A stretch of 64,000 nt of DNA from positions 28,956,001 through 29,020,000 of the forward strand of contig CM097885.1 of the NCBI GenBank assembly GCA_044892525.1, in the 5' to 3' direction. Under the pieces are notes generated by a model. The model had not been told where the DNA came from. It saw only the letters and a program-made list of their open reading frames with translations, and searched no databases. Within the stretch, counting starts at the first letter, position 1. Each line of letters starts with the position of its first letter. The DNA is from Schmidtea polychroa. Its lineage: Eukaryota. Below are positions 34,382 through 62,237 of this stretch, in pieces. The position numbers were made by a program, and so were the translations under genes.

Positions 34382-35275
34382 TTATAACTTCGTATACTTA
34401 TTAAATTTATCTTTTGAAATTATTCCTTGTTTTAACAAATCTTTAGAAATCTTTAAAATATCAGAATCTAAATTATTATGTCCTGGTTTCCTTGCAGCTA
34501 ATAGTTTTCTTAATTCAATAAAAAGATTGATGGGATTTGGTTTACCACCTTCACTAATTAATCCCTCTCCCTCTGTAACAACATAACCCTTTTCATTTTT
34601 ATTTAAATAATTCTTTAAATCTTGAATATATTTTGCTTTAGAACTAGCTCTTATTAATCTTATTAAATTTAAATATTTTTTAATTTCTTCAACATCATCT
34701 GAAGAATATCCACAAAGTAATCTATAAAAATCATCTGTAAATTCAAAGTCTAAATATTCATTATTATAAACATTTTGTGAATGAATACGTGATTTATTTT
34801 CTGAATTTGAATATAAAGTAAAGTTTTGTTTATTAATTGTTATTATTTGATATCCTTCAGTATTAGTATTAAATGTGGGTCTAATTGAAGGAGGTAAATC
34901 ATCTCTAATTTTAGGATCAACTTTAAGAGGTTTTGTTTTTAAAAACATTTCTTCTTCTTCCACATTAGAAATTCTTCTGCGTTTTCTTTGATTTCTTTCA
35001 GAATGACTTTCAGGTTGGTTTTCACTGGATTCTTTTTCTTTATCCTGCCACTCTAGTTCTTTTATTTTTTGTTTTTTATCTTCTAACTCTTTAAATTTTG
35101 CTTGCTCATTGAAATCTTCCAACTCTTTTATAGCTTTAATTGTTGGCCCCTGTTGTTGTGTTATTACCTCATTTAATATTATAGATTCAGCATGTTGAGT
35201 TGTATCTTTTTTATTATATTTATCTTGTTCTGATTGTAATTTTTTTAAAAGTGCTAATCTTTCTTCATATACCAT
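34382..35275 (-). CDS. Polinton conserved protein (PZ-like)
   Basis: C-terminal LRKLLAARKPGHNN...ILKISKDLLKQGII motif; N-terminal coiled coil. Confidence 0.55.
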   Translation of the reverse strand: MVYEERLALLKKLQSEQDKYNKKDTTQHAESIILNEVITQQQGPTIKAIKELEDFNEQAKFKELEDKKQKIKELEWQDKEKESSENQPESHSERNQRKRRRISNVEEEEMFLKTKPLKVDPKIRDDLPPSIRPTFNTNTEGYQIITINKQNFTLYSNSENKSRIHSQNVYNNEYLDFEFTDDFYRLLCGYSSDDVEEIKKYLNLIRLIRASSKAKYIQDLKNYLNKNEKGYVVTEGEGLISEGGKPNPINLFIELRKLLAARKPGHNNLDSDILKISKDLLKQGIISKDKFNKYTKL

Positions 35276-35297
35276 TTTAATGGTATCAAAAATGGTA

Positions 35298-35876
35298 TCA
35301 TAGTTCGAAGGGCTTCAAGTATAATCCTTTACCATTTTTAGTTTTACAAAGGCATCCATTCTTTAAAGATTTACATATTTTTTTTAAATCTTCTTTATCT
35401 TTTGAAGATAAAGATTCAGATGTAGAAATTTGATTTTTTAAAAAATCATTTAAACCTCTACCTTTATAAGGATCAAGATAGAGACCTTTGCCCTGAGACT
35501 TTTGCCAACTCCCCTCGTATGGATTAAGATAGAGACCCTTTCCAACGGACACTCCCCCTTTAGCTTGCCCTACCTTCTTCATTGAATCGATTTCAGTTTG
35601 TAGTTTTTCTTTTTCTAGGTCTGTCTTTTGAGATTCTTTAGCTTTTTGAACTGTAGTTGCAATTCCTCCAGCTATTCCAGCAGCACCTGATAAACCAGCA
35701 ATGATTGCAGGTATTAAAGCAGCTAATGGAAGAATGCCGCCTTCTTTAGCTTCGTGGAGCTTCGCTCTAACTTGTTCTTTTACATGTTTTCCAATAAAAT
35801 AATTTTTACCATCAATTACTACTGATTTATTTTTATTTGAATTTATTATTTCTTGCAAAGATTCTTCAGTTGTCAT
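35298..35876 (-). CDS. Putative virion core/membrane-active precursor protein
   Basis: EGG-ILPLAALIPAIIAGLSGAAGIAGG amphipathic segment and three GKGLYLxP repeats. Confidence 0.6.
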   Translation of the reverse strand: MTTEESLQEIINSNKNKSVVIDGKNYFIGKHVKEQVRAKLHEAKEGGILPLAALIPAIIAGLSGAAGIAGGIATTVQKAKESQKTDLEKEKLQTEIDSMKKVGQAKGGVSVGKGLYLNPYEGSWQKSQGKGLYLDPYKGRGLNDFLKNQISTSESLSSKDKEDLKKICKSLKNGCLCKTKNGKGLYLKPFEL

Positions 35877-35891
35877 TTTATAATAAACAAA

Positions 35892-36683
35892 ATGGATATT
35901 TGGAAACCAATTTTAAATAGACATAAGAGTAAATTTAATAATAAAGTATTTCCTGATAATTTTAGATTATTAATTGTTGATTCTTCTGGATGTGGAAAGA
36001 ATGTACTTGTTTTGAGAATGTTACTTGAAGATGATTTTTTAGATTATAATAATTTAATCTTTTATTCTACAACCATAAATCAACCAGAATTACAACTTTT
36101 GAAATGTGGATTTGAAAATAAATTAACTAAAAAAGCAATAATTGATATTTTTAAAAATCAACATAGGTGTCCTGAAGAAGTTTTTCAACCTTGTGATATG
36201 GTTGATTGGTATAAGGAAAAGATTTTAGAATCAGATATTAGTAATAAAAATGATTATATTTGTGAAGAAGGGCAGGAGGCAATTCAAGTTTTATTCTCTA
36301 ATAAACCTGAAGATGTTTTACATTGTGATTTACTTCCTAAAGATAAAAAGAATCTAGTTATATTTGATGATGTTGTCAACATGAAAAATCAAGAGATTCA
36401 AAAGAGTTACTTTACACGAGGTCGACATAATAATTGTAATGTTATTTATATATCTCAAACATATTATGCTTTAGATAAAAATTCAATAAGAAATAATTCC
36501 AATTGTTTTATATTTTTTAAATTAGATCGCCGTGATAAGAATATGATTTATAATGATTTATTTTCAAATGTTGAACCTGATAAGAATATGTTTGATATGT
36601 TTGTTGATAATCATTGGAAAGAAAAATATAATTATATTTATTTGGATAGAGAAGAAGCTGAAATATGGAAAAGTTTGTTTTAG
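35892..36683 (+). CDS. A32/FtsK-like packaging ATPase with altered Walker A
   Basis: LLIVDSSGCGKN (expected GxSGxGKT), Walker B LVIFDD, RGRHNN, ISQ. First ATG at 35892. Confidence 0.9.
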   Translation: MDIWKPILNRHKSKFNNKVFPDNFRLLIVDSSGCGKNVLVLRMLLEDDFLDYNNLIFYSTTINQPELQLLKCGFENKLTKKAIIDIFKNQHRCPEEVFQPCDMVDWYKEKILESDISNKNDYICEEGQEAIQVLFSNKPEDVLHCDLLPKDKKNLVIFDDVVNMKNQEIQKSYFTRGRHNNCNVIYISQTYYALDKNSIRNNSNCFIFFKLDRRDKNMIYNDLFSNVEPDKNMFDMFVDNHWKEKYNYIYLDREEAEIWKSLF

Positions 36684-36694
36684 GGCTTGTCGAC

Positions 36695-38104
36695 TTAAAA
36701 ATCTGTTTTCTGTAGTTCATTATTATAAAATCTACCTAATATTTTTTCATTATTTAAATCAAAGATGGTATATGTTATTGGAGTTGTATAATGTATTTTA
36801 TTTATAATAAAAATTTCATTTGTCCATTTTGCTGTGAATCCTTTTTCAAATTTATTTTTATATTTAAATATTCTTACTCGGTCACCAATTTTAAACTTTG
36901 GTTTTTCAATAACATCATTTTCAATATTTACCACTTTAATGGTTTCAGGCTTCATGGAAGCATTTAAAGGTGTTAATTTTATAGAACTATGTACATCATT
37001 ATTATATTCATTTACAATCTTTTGTAACAATTCATTGTTCCATTTTTGTTTTCCAATAGCAGTAAAATATTTCCACATTTTATTTTTTAATGTTCTATTT
37101 AATCTTTCAACTACGACTGCTTTTCCTTCGTTTTCTGTTGAATATAATTTAATATCATTTTCATTTAAAAACTTTGTAAAAACTTTGTTATAAAATTCTG
37201 TTCCTTTATCACACCATAAATATTTTGGGATTCTTTGATTTTCTTCAAATATATTTTCAAATGCTTCTGTAATAGAATATCCTGTTTTATTTTCTAAACA
37301 TCTTGCAAAAGCAAATCTTGTATATAAATCTATTACAGTTAAAATTATTTTATATTTTTCAGGGTCTGATGATTTTGGCATAAAGACTAAATCTGCAGAC
37401 CATGTTTGATCTTTTTCATGTACTTGAACTTTTAAATATTTTTTATTTTTTCTAAATTCATGGTGTAATTCCTTTGCATATTTTATTTCTGATTCTGTTG
37501 GGGTTTGTAAACTAGTCTTGGCTGTACTCTCGAGGGATCTTTCAATCTCTGCTTGTTCGATAATCTTTTTATAAGCAACATCTTTTGCTTTCCTAGGAAG
37601 TCTTGCACCCATGGTGATCGGACTGTGTCCTAAGCCTATGAAAATCTTACATTTCATTGCTAATTTAACTAAAGCTCTTTGAATCTTTTCTTGGGTTGAT
37701 GGATTTTGGATACTATTTAAATCATGTATTAAATTCACATCTGCAACATGTCTATCTCTAAGATTTGTTGAATTGTATGCAATGTCATGTTTTAAAGCTG
37801 CTTGATCAATTCTATTTATTGGTTCTTCTCCTTGTTTGGGATTATTATTTTCATCTAATCTAATATCTAGACGTGTTCCTGGTCCAGTATAGTTGTGTTT
37901 AAATAAATGTCTTTCACCTGGATATTTTTCTGTAGTAAAAGGTTTTAATATTGAAGATGTTGTTTTTGAAGATTGCAAATCGCCTCCAGCTCGTGGAATT
38001 AGATCACCTCCTGTATGTTTTTTAGTTTTTAAATGACTTGCTTTATGATGTCTTGTAACTTGACAATTACAACTTTCACATCTCCAATATTTATTTAGAG
38101 ACAT
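36695..38104 (-). CDS. int: Retroviral-like integrase fused to an N-terminal zinc finger and a parvovirus-type phospholipase A2 domain
   Basis: CESC..HLKTKKH; NYTGPGT..INRIDQAALKHDIAY..RHVAD; WSADL, CDKGTEF, VERLNRTLK. Confidence 0.92.
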   Translation of the reverse strand: MSLNKYWRCESCNCQVTRHHKASHLKTKKHTGGDLIPRAGGDLQSSKTTSSILKPFTTEKYPGERHLFKHNYTGPGTRLDIRLDENNNPKQGEEPINRIDQAALKHDIAYNSTNLRDRHVADVNLIHDLNSIQNPSTQEKIQRALVKLAMKCKIFIGLGHSPITMGARLPRKAKDVAYKKIIEQAEIERSLESTAKTSLQTPTESEIKYAKELHHEFRKNKKYLKVQVHEKDQTWSADLVFMPKSSDPEKYKIILTVIDLYTRFAFARCLENKTGYSITEAFENIFEENQRIPKYLWCDKGTEFYNKVFTKFLNENDIKLYSTENEGKAVVVERLNRTLKNKMWKYFTAIGKQKWNNELLQKIVNEYNNDVHSSIKLTPLNASMKPETIKVVNIENDVIEKPKFKIGDRVRIFKYKNKFEKGFTAKWTNEIFIINKIHYTTPITYTIFDLNNEKILGRFYNNELQKTDF

Positions 38105-38133
38105 TTTAAAATGTTAAAATATCAGGGATTATA

Positions 38134-39426
38134 TCAAGAATCTCCCCTAACATTTTCGATTATTGAAATCTTTCCACCATATAATTTCATTTCTATTTTC
38201 TTTTCTTCTAATATTAATGTATATACTTTAGCTTTAAAATTAGAATCCTTTGTTACATGAAGTGTAACATCAACATTATTTATGGCTAGGCGATCATCTT
38301 GGTCTGAAACATTTATACAAAATATAGAATATAAATTTTTGAAATCTTCTAAACTTAATTGCGGTTCAACTTTGAAATCATAACATGTTTCAATATAATT
38401 TAGATATGGGAATATGTTTTCATTATTTTCAATATTAAATTCCATTCTATTTATTGGATAATAAGAACTATTTAATTGAATTTGGATTGTTTTTAAATTA
38501 TCAACTCCAATCTTTTGAATAAACAAGTTGTTATTTTTTTGGAACGATGAATCTACTTCTTTGAATCCAATCAAGATATATCTTGGTCGGTATGCTAAAT
38601 TTGCTACCTTTATAGAATATGTTGAACCCTCTGTCATACTAAATTCACTACAGATTCTATTTAAATAATTTACATTTATAGACTTGTTGGAATTTAATCT
38701 TTCAAGGAGTTTAATCTCAGAATGTGGGTTTAATGTCCATTCAGGTATATGTAATTCAAGTGTTGATAATTTTAATTTAGCTTTTGTATCTACAGCTCCA
38801 TAGAACAATCTTTTATCACCTTCTACTCTATTACAGATGAATTCTATAAAAACATTATGAAGTATACGATTATAGTTTTGAAGGAATCCAAACAAGTGTT
38901 TTAATTCAAAATAACCTTCAAATTTTTTAGATTTATAAAGTTCAGCTCTTTTATGGTAACCATGGTTTACATCTTAACCATCTTTATCTAAATCCCCTTT
39001 ATTAACATCAGGAATCCAACCTGTTAATTCACCATATTCGTTTTTATAATCACAACCAGTCAAAATAAAATTTAACATTGTAGAATATACTCCCGGATGC
39101 AAAACAGTTTCAATTTCTGATGATCCTAGTTTTAATCTCATGTTGGAGAATAAATTTGGAAAGAAATTATTTTCTAGGGTTATATCTTTGTTTGCTTCAA
39201 TTTCTAATTCGATTTTATAATATAATTTGGCATTACAAATATCTATAGGGTTTGATGTTTGAAGAGATTGAAAAACTATATCACCCCTACGATTTAAGTT
39301 TGCAATCGATCCTGACGTAGGGGATATTTTAAGTACATCATTTTTCTTGATTTCATGAGTAAATTCTTTATTATAATCAAGATTTAATTTATTTTTTTCT
39401 TGAATTTTAAGATTTATATTATTCAT
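38134..39426 (-). pseudogene. Major capsid protein (PY) with a single in-frame TAA at 38974-38976
   Basis: The two ORFs share a frame: DKDG*DVNHGYHKRAELY..LKHLFGF gives about 430 aa. Motifs LENNFFPNLFS, PRYILIGF, IQLNSSYYP. Confidence 0.85.
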
Positions 39427-39482
39427 TTTTATATATTAAAATTTACACACACACAATAGGATTAATTAAATATATTTTGTAA

Positions 39483-39564
39483 GCCATTATAGCGGAGTGG
39501 GAATAGGCTTCAATTTTATCACCGGGAGTACCGGGTTCAATTTTCGATTTTGGTCAATTTTTTT
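39483..39564 (+). ncRNA. tRNA-like Pol III unit 3 (degenerate B box)
   Basis: TAGCGGAGTGG (39490-39500), GGTTCAATTTT (39534-39544), T7. Confidence 0.4.
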
Positions 39565-39724
39565 CGATATTTTTTTTCAACGGAATCTGATTCAGCGTAC
39601 TGATTTTAGTATATATTTAAATTTTCAGATGGATCTGAGTGGTAGTTGTCGAGAAAATGAATAATTAATTATCAATTTCATCAATAAATAGTCACACATT
39701 AACAACTTATTTTATATTGAGTAT

Positions 39725-39806
39725 AGCTCTAATAGCTTAGTGGTAATAGCACTCGACTGCATTGCCAATACCAATGGGTTCAAATCCCATTTCGGTCATT
39801 TTTTTT
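39725..39806 (+). ncRNA. tRNA-like Pol III unit 4
   Basis: A box TAGCTTAGTGG (39733-39743), D-arm-like GCT..AGC, perfect T arm ATGGG-TTCAAAT-CCCAT, T8 terminator. The anticodon stem does not pair. Confidence 0.65.
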
Positions 39807-39967
39807 CAAATTTTTTTTAACGAAATATTGATCAGCATACTCGATTTAGTACTTGTACAACTTTTTAATGAGATTGGTCAACGGCAACTCTTGGAAATTT
39901 AAGATCAAAAACGTTTTAACTTAAGCTACCAAAAATTAATATATCCAATAAAAAAATATTTATAAAA

Positions 39968-40237
39968 ATGGATGAGTTAAAAGAAAGAATGAGAAATGAA
40001 TTGAATGAAGTTAAACATAAGAGAATGAAAAGAAGAGAAGAAGAACCATTAGAATACATCAAAGAGTTGATGGTAGATAATGAAAAGTATCGACATTTTT
40101 ATATGAAGGCTGTAGATGTTGCTGATATAAGATTGAAGAAAATGAAACAATTACAGGAAAGAGTTAAAGAACTTGAATCGATTATTTATAGTCTAAAAAA
40201 TAACAAAAATCCAAACCTAGATAGCGCAGTGGGCTAG
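39968..40237 (+). CDS. Small coiled-coil protein, unknown function
   Basis: Intact 89 aa ATG ORF with an AAAAATG context like the other Polinton genes; the stop lies within the TIR. Confidence 0.55.
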   Translation: MDELKERMRNELNEVKHKRMKRREEEPLEYIKELMVDNEKYRHFYMKAVDVADIRLKKMKQLQERVKELESIIYSLKNNKNPNLDSAVG

Positions 40238-41162
40238 ACCGGCACCGTGGTTCAAATGGATAGCGGTTCAAATCCTAACTGTGGTTAGTTTTTTTTCAAC
40301 ATAAAATAATATTAAAAATTTGAAAATGATAGTGTGGGTATCTTAAATTTATATTTTATTTTATTTATTTTTATTTTATTTTATTTTATTTTATTTATTT
40401 TATTTTATTTTATTTTTTAAACATAAATATGAAAAAAAAATTATTGAAACGGGTGATGGTGGCGAACCGGTAATTATCGCCACCTGTCTTTCGAACACCC
40501 CCGGATCGATTCTTTAATGTGCACATTTATTTCTCAGTTGTTTTCGGACCTCTTTCGAATTCACTTTCGAATTCATTTGTACTTTCGAGCAGCACACTTA
40601 AAACGCCGATGAAATCGTATTCGAGCGAGAAGCGAATAATAAGGTGTGCTGCTATTATCGAATTGATTCTGATTATGAGCCTGGCCAGCTTGTATATTGG
40701 AAGAGATTTGATAAACGAAAGAGGTTGAATAAAAGAAAAAAATGATCCGGATCAAAAAAACTGTTGAGATGACAGTGAAAAAAAAAAAAAAAAAAAAAAA
40801 TACCACTGTCCTCTCAGAGCAGTTTTACTATTTTCATAAAATTTTTTATTCTTCAAGACATCAAGATTAAGATTTCATTTATTTTTTTTAATTAGCCAAT
40901 TAGCAACTTGCTAGTTGGCATCCTCAAGTAGCCTTCTTACTTTTTCATAATACCATTTTCTTTTCTATTCTCTTTATGTTTTTAGTTTGAAGCTTTTGAG
41001 TTTGAGGCTTTAAAGATTAAAACAGTTAGAGTCATTAAGGGTGGTTGTTTTCAAAATATAGGGTTAAAATACTATAAAAGTATAAGTTTTAGGTTGTTTT
41101 TCTAATAGCTTAAGTGATTTGGAGGCATGTTTTGTTGGGAGGGCTGTTTTGGTTGGGTATAT
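40194..41162 (-). repeat. Polinton right TIR, missing terminal 12 nt
   Basis: Ends ...GGTTGGGTATAT; the expected AACCACACTACT is absent. Confidence 0.92.
40214..40296 (+). ncRNA. tRNA-like Pol III unit 5 (right TIR copy of unit 1)
   Basis: TAGCGCAGTGG (40222-40232), GGTTCAAATCC (40265-40275), T8. Confidence 0.6.
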
Positions 41163-41828
41163 TGCTGCCGCCGTTCTTGCACCGTCATGAGGGACAAATC
41201 GACCCTTTCACATTTCGATAATCAAAAATTCACATGCAATTATAATGATGATAGATAATAATTAAAAAACAAATTACTCGACGACCCTATCATTTGGACT
41301 CCAAGTGTGATGCTCCCTCATTCCCAAATCACCAGTTCAAATCCAGCATTAATTAGTACTTTCTCAAATTTACGTCAACTCTCCTCCATTCCAACAATTT
41401 CGCAACATCTCCGGGACGCATGTCACAGCAATTCTTCGCGTCTACGCTCTCTCATTGGCATCACACTTGAAGTTCCCAGAGGATACAGTCGTCGACACCA
41501 TGAAGAAAAAGCCATTATGTTCTAAATAAAGCTTTATTAACGAAATTATTCTTGTCTATTCATAAAAATCTATTAACAAATAATCATAAATATATATTAA
41601 ATTCAATCCTATCAATCATCAATAACTTAACATACCTTGAGTTCGAATTACTAGATCAAATCGGTTGATGCTAAAATGTTCTCCTGGATAAATTTAATGA
41701 TGGTTCACTGTAAGTCCTTTTCTAAAATCGGTTTTGAATTAGTCTTCTGTAATAGCTGTAAGTAAGTCTTGAAATCTACAATCTGTAGAGATTTTGTTAA
41801 AGTGGTACTCTACTAATTTTTCGCGTTT

Positions 41829-41853
41829 CTTATATACTATTTTTCGTCCAATC
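41829..41853 (-). promoter_or_regulatory. Candidate LTR promoter (CCAAT box plus TATA)
   Basis: Minus strand GATTGG-N10-TATATAAG, about 500 bp inside the LTR start. Confidence 0.45.
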
Positions 41854-42418
41854 AGGACGCGTCTTAGCTTGTAATTTTATTATTTATTATTATTTTTATG
41901 TTTTTATTGTAATTTGTTAGCTTTTAATAACTTAACTTAGTACTTATTATTATTTTATTTATTTTCTTATTTCTGTTATTTTTTCCCTATTTTTTCGTAT
42001 TTTTCCTACGGTTTTATTGTTATTTTTTTTTGTAACATAATTTTGTTTTTATTAGACTTATAATTGGTTTTATTTTTATTTTGTTTTTATGGTAATTTAT
42101 TTTCTAACTTTGTTATATTACTTCTATTTTGTCTGTTGGATATCTTGGATTTTATCTCTTTTTGTCTTGTTCTTACCTCTTAGGGGTTTATTTATTTTGT
42201 TACTTATTCCTATTTCTTTTCTTAATATCTTATTATTCTCCTTATTTATTACTGCGATTTTACTGTAATTTATTTTGTATCTTATTTGTTTATTTACGAG
42301 GTTCGTCTTCTTCCGATTTGATCCAGTTTTTCAACTCCAAAACTTAGCCCAACAATATAATAAACATAATACTTGTAATCCCATCCTCTTTTATGAATTA
42401 GAAGTCATTTAGCTTTAA

Positions 42419-42630
42419 CCCTCCAGAGGGCGCGTTGGGTCTCACAGACCCATACGATCTTTTTTTGCGTAAAAAAATGTAAAAGCTTGTTTATAAAGTA
42501 ATAAATCTTATAAAATTTAATATTGCTTTATTTTGCCAATCAATAAGTCTATAAATCATGAGAAAACAATATTGGGTCTGTGAGACCCAACGCGCGCATC
42601 CATGTAATTTTTTTAGCGCGCTTTGCAGGG
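42419..42630. mobile_element. piggyBac-like MITE
   Basis: TTAA on both sides, CCCT...AGGG ends, internal inverted repeat CGCGTTGGGTCTCACAGACCCA. Confidence 0.85.
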
Positions 42631-43005
42631 TTAAACTCATATTTTGAATTATTTAAAATTTACAAAAACCTCAATGACAAACGTGAATAATAAACGCGGA
42701 AATATTTAAAGTTCATTCTATGGGAAAAAATTCTAGAAAATCATTGATTGTAATCAAATTCTATAAAACGTCAAGAAAATTAAACTGGGTGTATATTAGA
42801 AATTTTATTTTTGAATAAAATCTTATAACTATTTTCAATTGTTTTAATTTTAGATTATATAAATTTTTCATTTAAATATTTTGTTTTTAAATAGTTAAAT
42901 TAATTAATATTTTGAATTTAAATTATGCCATTCTTTGCCAGAATAAATAACATTTCTAGTATAGTTTATTAAATTTTTCTAATTAGATAGGAGTTTTTTA
43001 TTGAA

Positions 43006-60707
<17,702 letters not shown>

Positions 60708-60905
60708 GTGAGTAGTATTATTTATTGGTTTTTATTAATTGGTTAACATTTTAAACAGTTTTAATAATGAATTATTTATAAATAATCTGTGTTAAATCGG
60801 ATGAAAATATTCATAATTTTACCTAATAATTAAATGAATTCACGAATCATGAACGTTCGTTTTAAAAACACTTAAGAAATTGTAAATAAAAAAGATGGTC
60901 TAGAC

Positions 60906-62200
60906 CAGGGATGGTGAACCTTTTACTGATTGCGTGCCAATGAAAATTATTTTTATAAAATGAAAATATGATCGTGTCCGGTTGTGCCTTATCTAAAAAT
61001 GTATTTATTTATTTCATAATTTAGCCAACATAATTTTTAATGAGATTTTTGTTCTTGATAAGATTTTGATAATAAATCAATATCCGGATTATAATTTAAC
61101 AATTTCAATGAAATATAAGCATCGCTGGATTCATCGGTAAGACTGTTTCGTTGCATCTGATTTTATGGTATTCATTACCGAAAATAAACTTTCACAATTT
61201 TATGTTGATTGTGATTCATAAGAATAGCTAAAAATAATTTCGTCATATCATTAAATGTCTTCAATATCACATTGTCCATGTTTTCGTATTATTCTTCATT
61301 TAATTTTTTTTTCATTAATTTCCATTTCATGACTCAACTCTATAAATTTCTGCTTCCAAATAGAGCTTGATTGAAATTCTATTAATTGTATTTCTAAATT
61401 CTCTAACGTTAACCACCATAATTGATCAATTATAGAAGTTTCCAAATCAATCTTTTTGGACATTTAATAAAATTAATGGTGCAAATATTTTGAAATCTTG
61501 AAATCCTTTAACAAAATTATCTTGTATCTAGGGCCGGCTGAGTTTTGTGAGGCTTTGGTAAAATATTATATGCGGGCCCCCTTCCCAAAAATGGAAGAAA
61601 TGATACATGAATATAATTTTATCAATTTATTTATTGAAATATTTATTTCTTCAATATATTCAATAATATACGTACATAAACATAATATTTTTTCTTCTTA
61701 TTTCGTAAAATTTTTTTTACTGCTAATTCTTCGATAATATCATCAAAATTAATCTGTTTCATCAAATTTTACGCAGCAGCTGCAGCAGACAAGTATGCAG
61801 CAGATGACATGACCTGTACATACATGTTCAGACATATAAAGAAACAACGAGCGAGATTTTAATGCAGGGAAAGAGATACGTTAAAAAACGTTGCATTTGG
61901 TGTAAAAAACTTGCCATAGCTACTGATAATTGTTAGAAATATGAAAGTGCGAGGCCTCGGGAAAAATCGCCGAAGTTTCAACCTCTGAGTCGGCTCTCGG
62001 TTTGCTGCAAAAATGTCTATTATTTTCATAGACTTCATAAATGGAAAATTTTTGAACATGATCTTTCAGCAAAGGAAAATATCTATTGTTGTCAATATGA
62101 CGTTTAAATAATATTAATTTGACTTCAAAACCATTAATAATACCAAACATAACATCAATTGATTTTCCTATGCATTGCAATTATATATTTAATCCATTTC
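60906..62200 (-). mobile_element. Decayed hAT remnant(s)
   Basis: Terminus CAGGGATGGTGAACCTTTT; fragments such as INGFEVKLILFKRHI..YFPLL. Confidence 0.5.
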
Positions 62201-62237
62201 AATGTTTCATCTAAAAACATTCACCTATACACTAAAT

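Larger units (their letters stand above)
25762..41162. mobile_element. Polinton/Maverick (adintovirus-like endogenous element), ~15.4 kb
   Basis: ~1 kb TIRs with AGTAGT left terminus; pPolB, integrase, packaging ATPase, adenain protease, major and minor capsid genes. Confidence 0.96.
4912..42354 (-). mobile_element. Giant Ty3/gypsy LTR retroelement with env-like gene (5' LTR interrupted by a Polinton; 3' LTR absent)
   Basis: Gag with CCHC knuckles, PR-RT-RH-IN order, PBS at 22638-22655, LTR bounded by TGTTGG/CCAACA. The left boundary is approximate. Confidence 0.85.
22663..42354 (-). repeat. 5' LTR (~4.1 kb after removing the Polinton and the duplication)
   Basis: On the minus strand it begins TGTTGG (42354) and ends CCAACA (22663) next to the PBS. 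Sequence is continuous across the Polinton via the 198 bp duplication. No partner LTR is available for confirmation. Confidence 0.65.

Noticed and set aside
39725..39798. Genuine tRNA gene
   Set aside because: T arm and boxes are present, but the anticodon and acceptor stems do not pair; kept only as tRNA-like.
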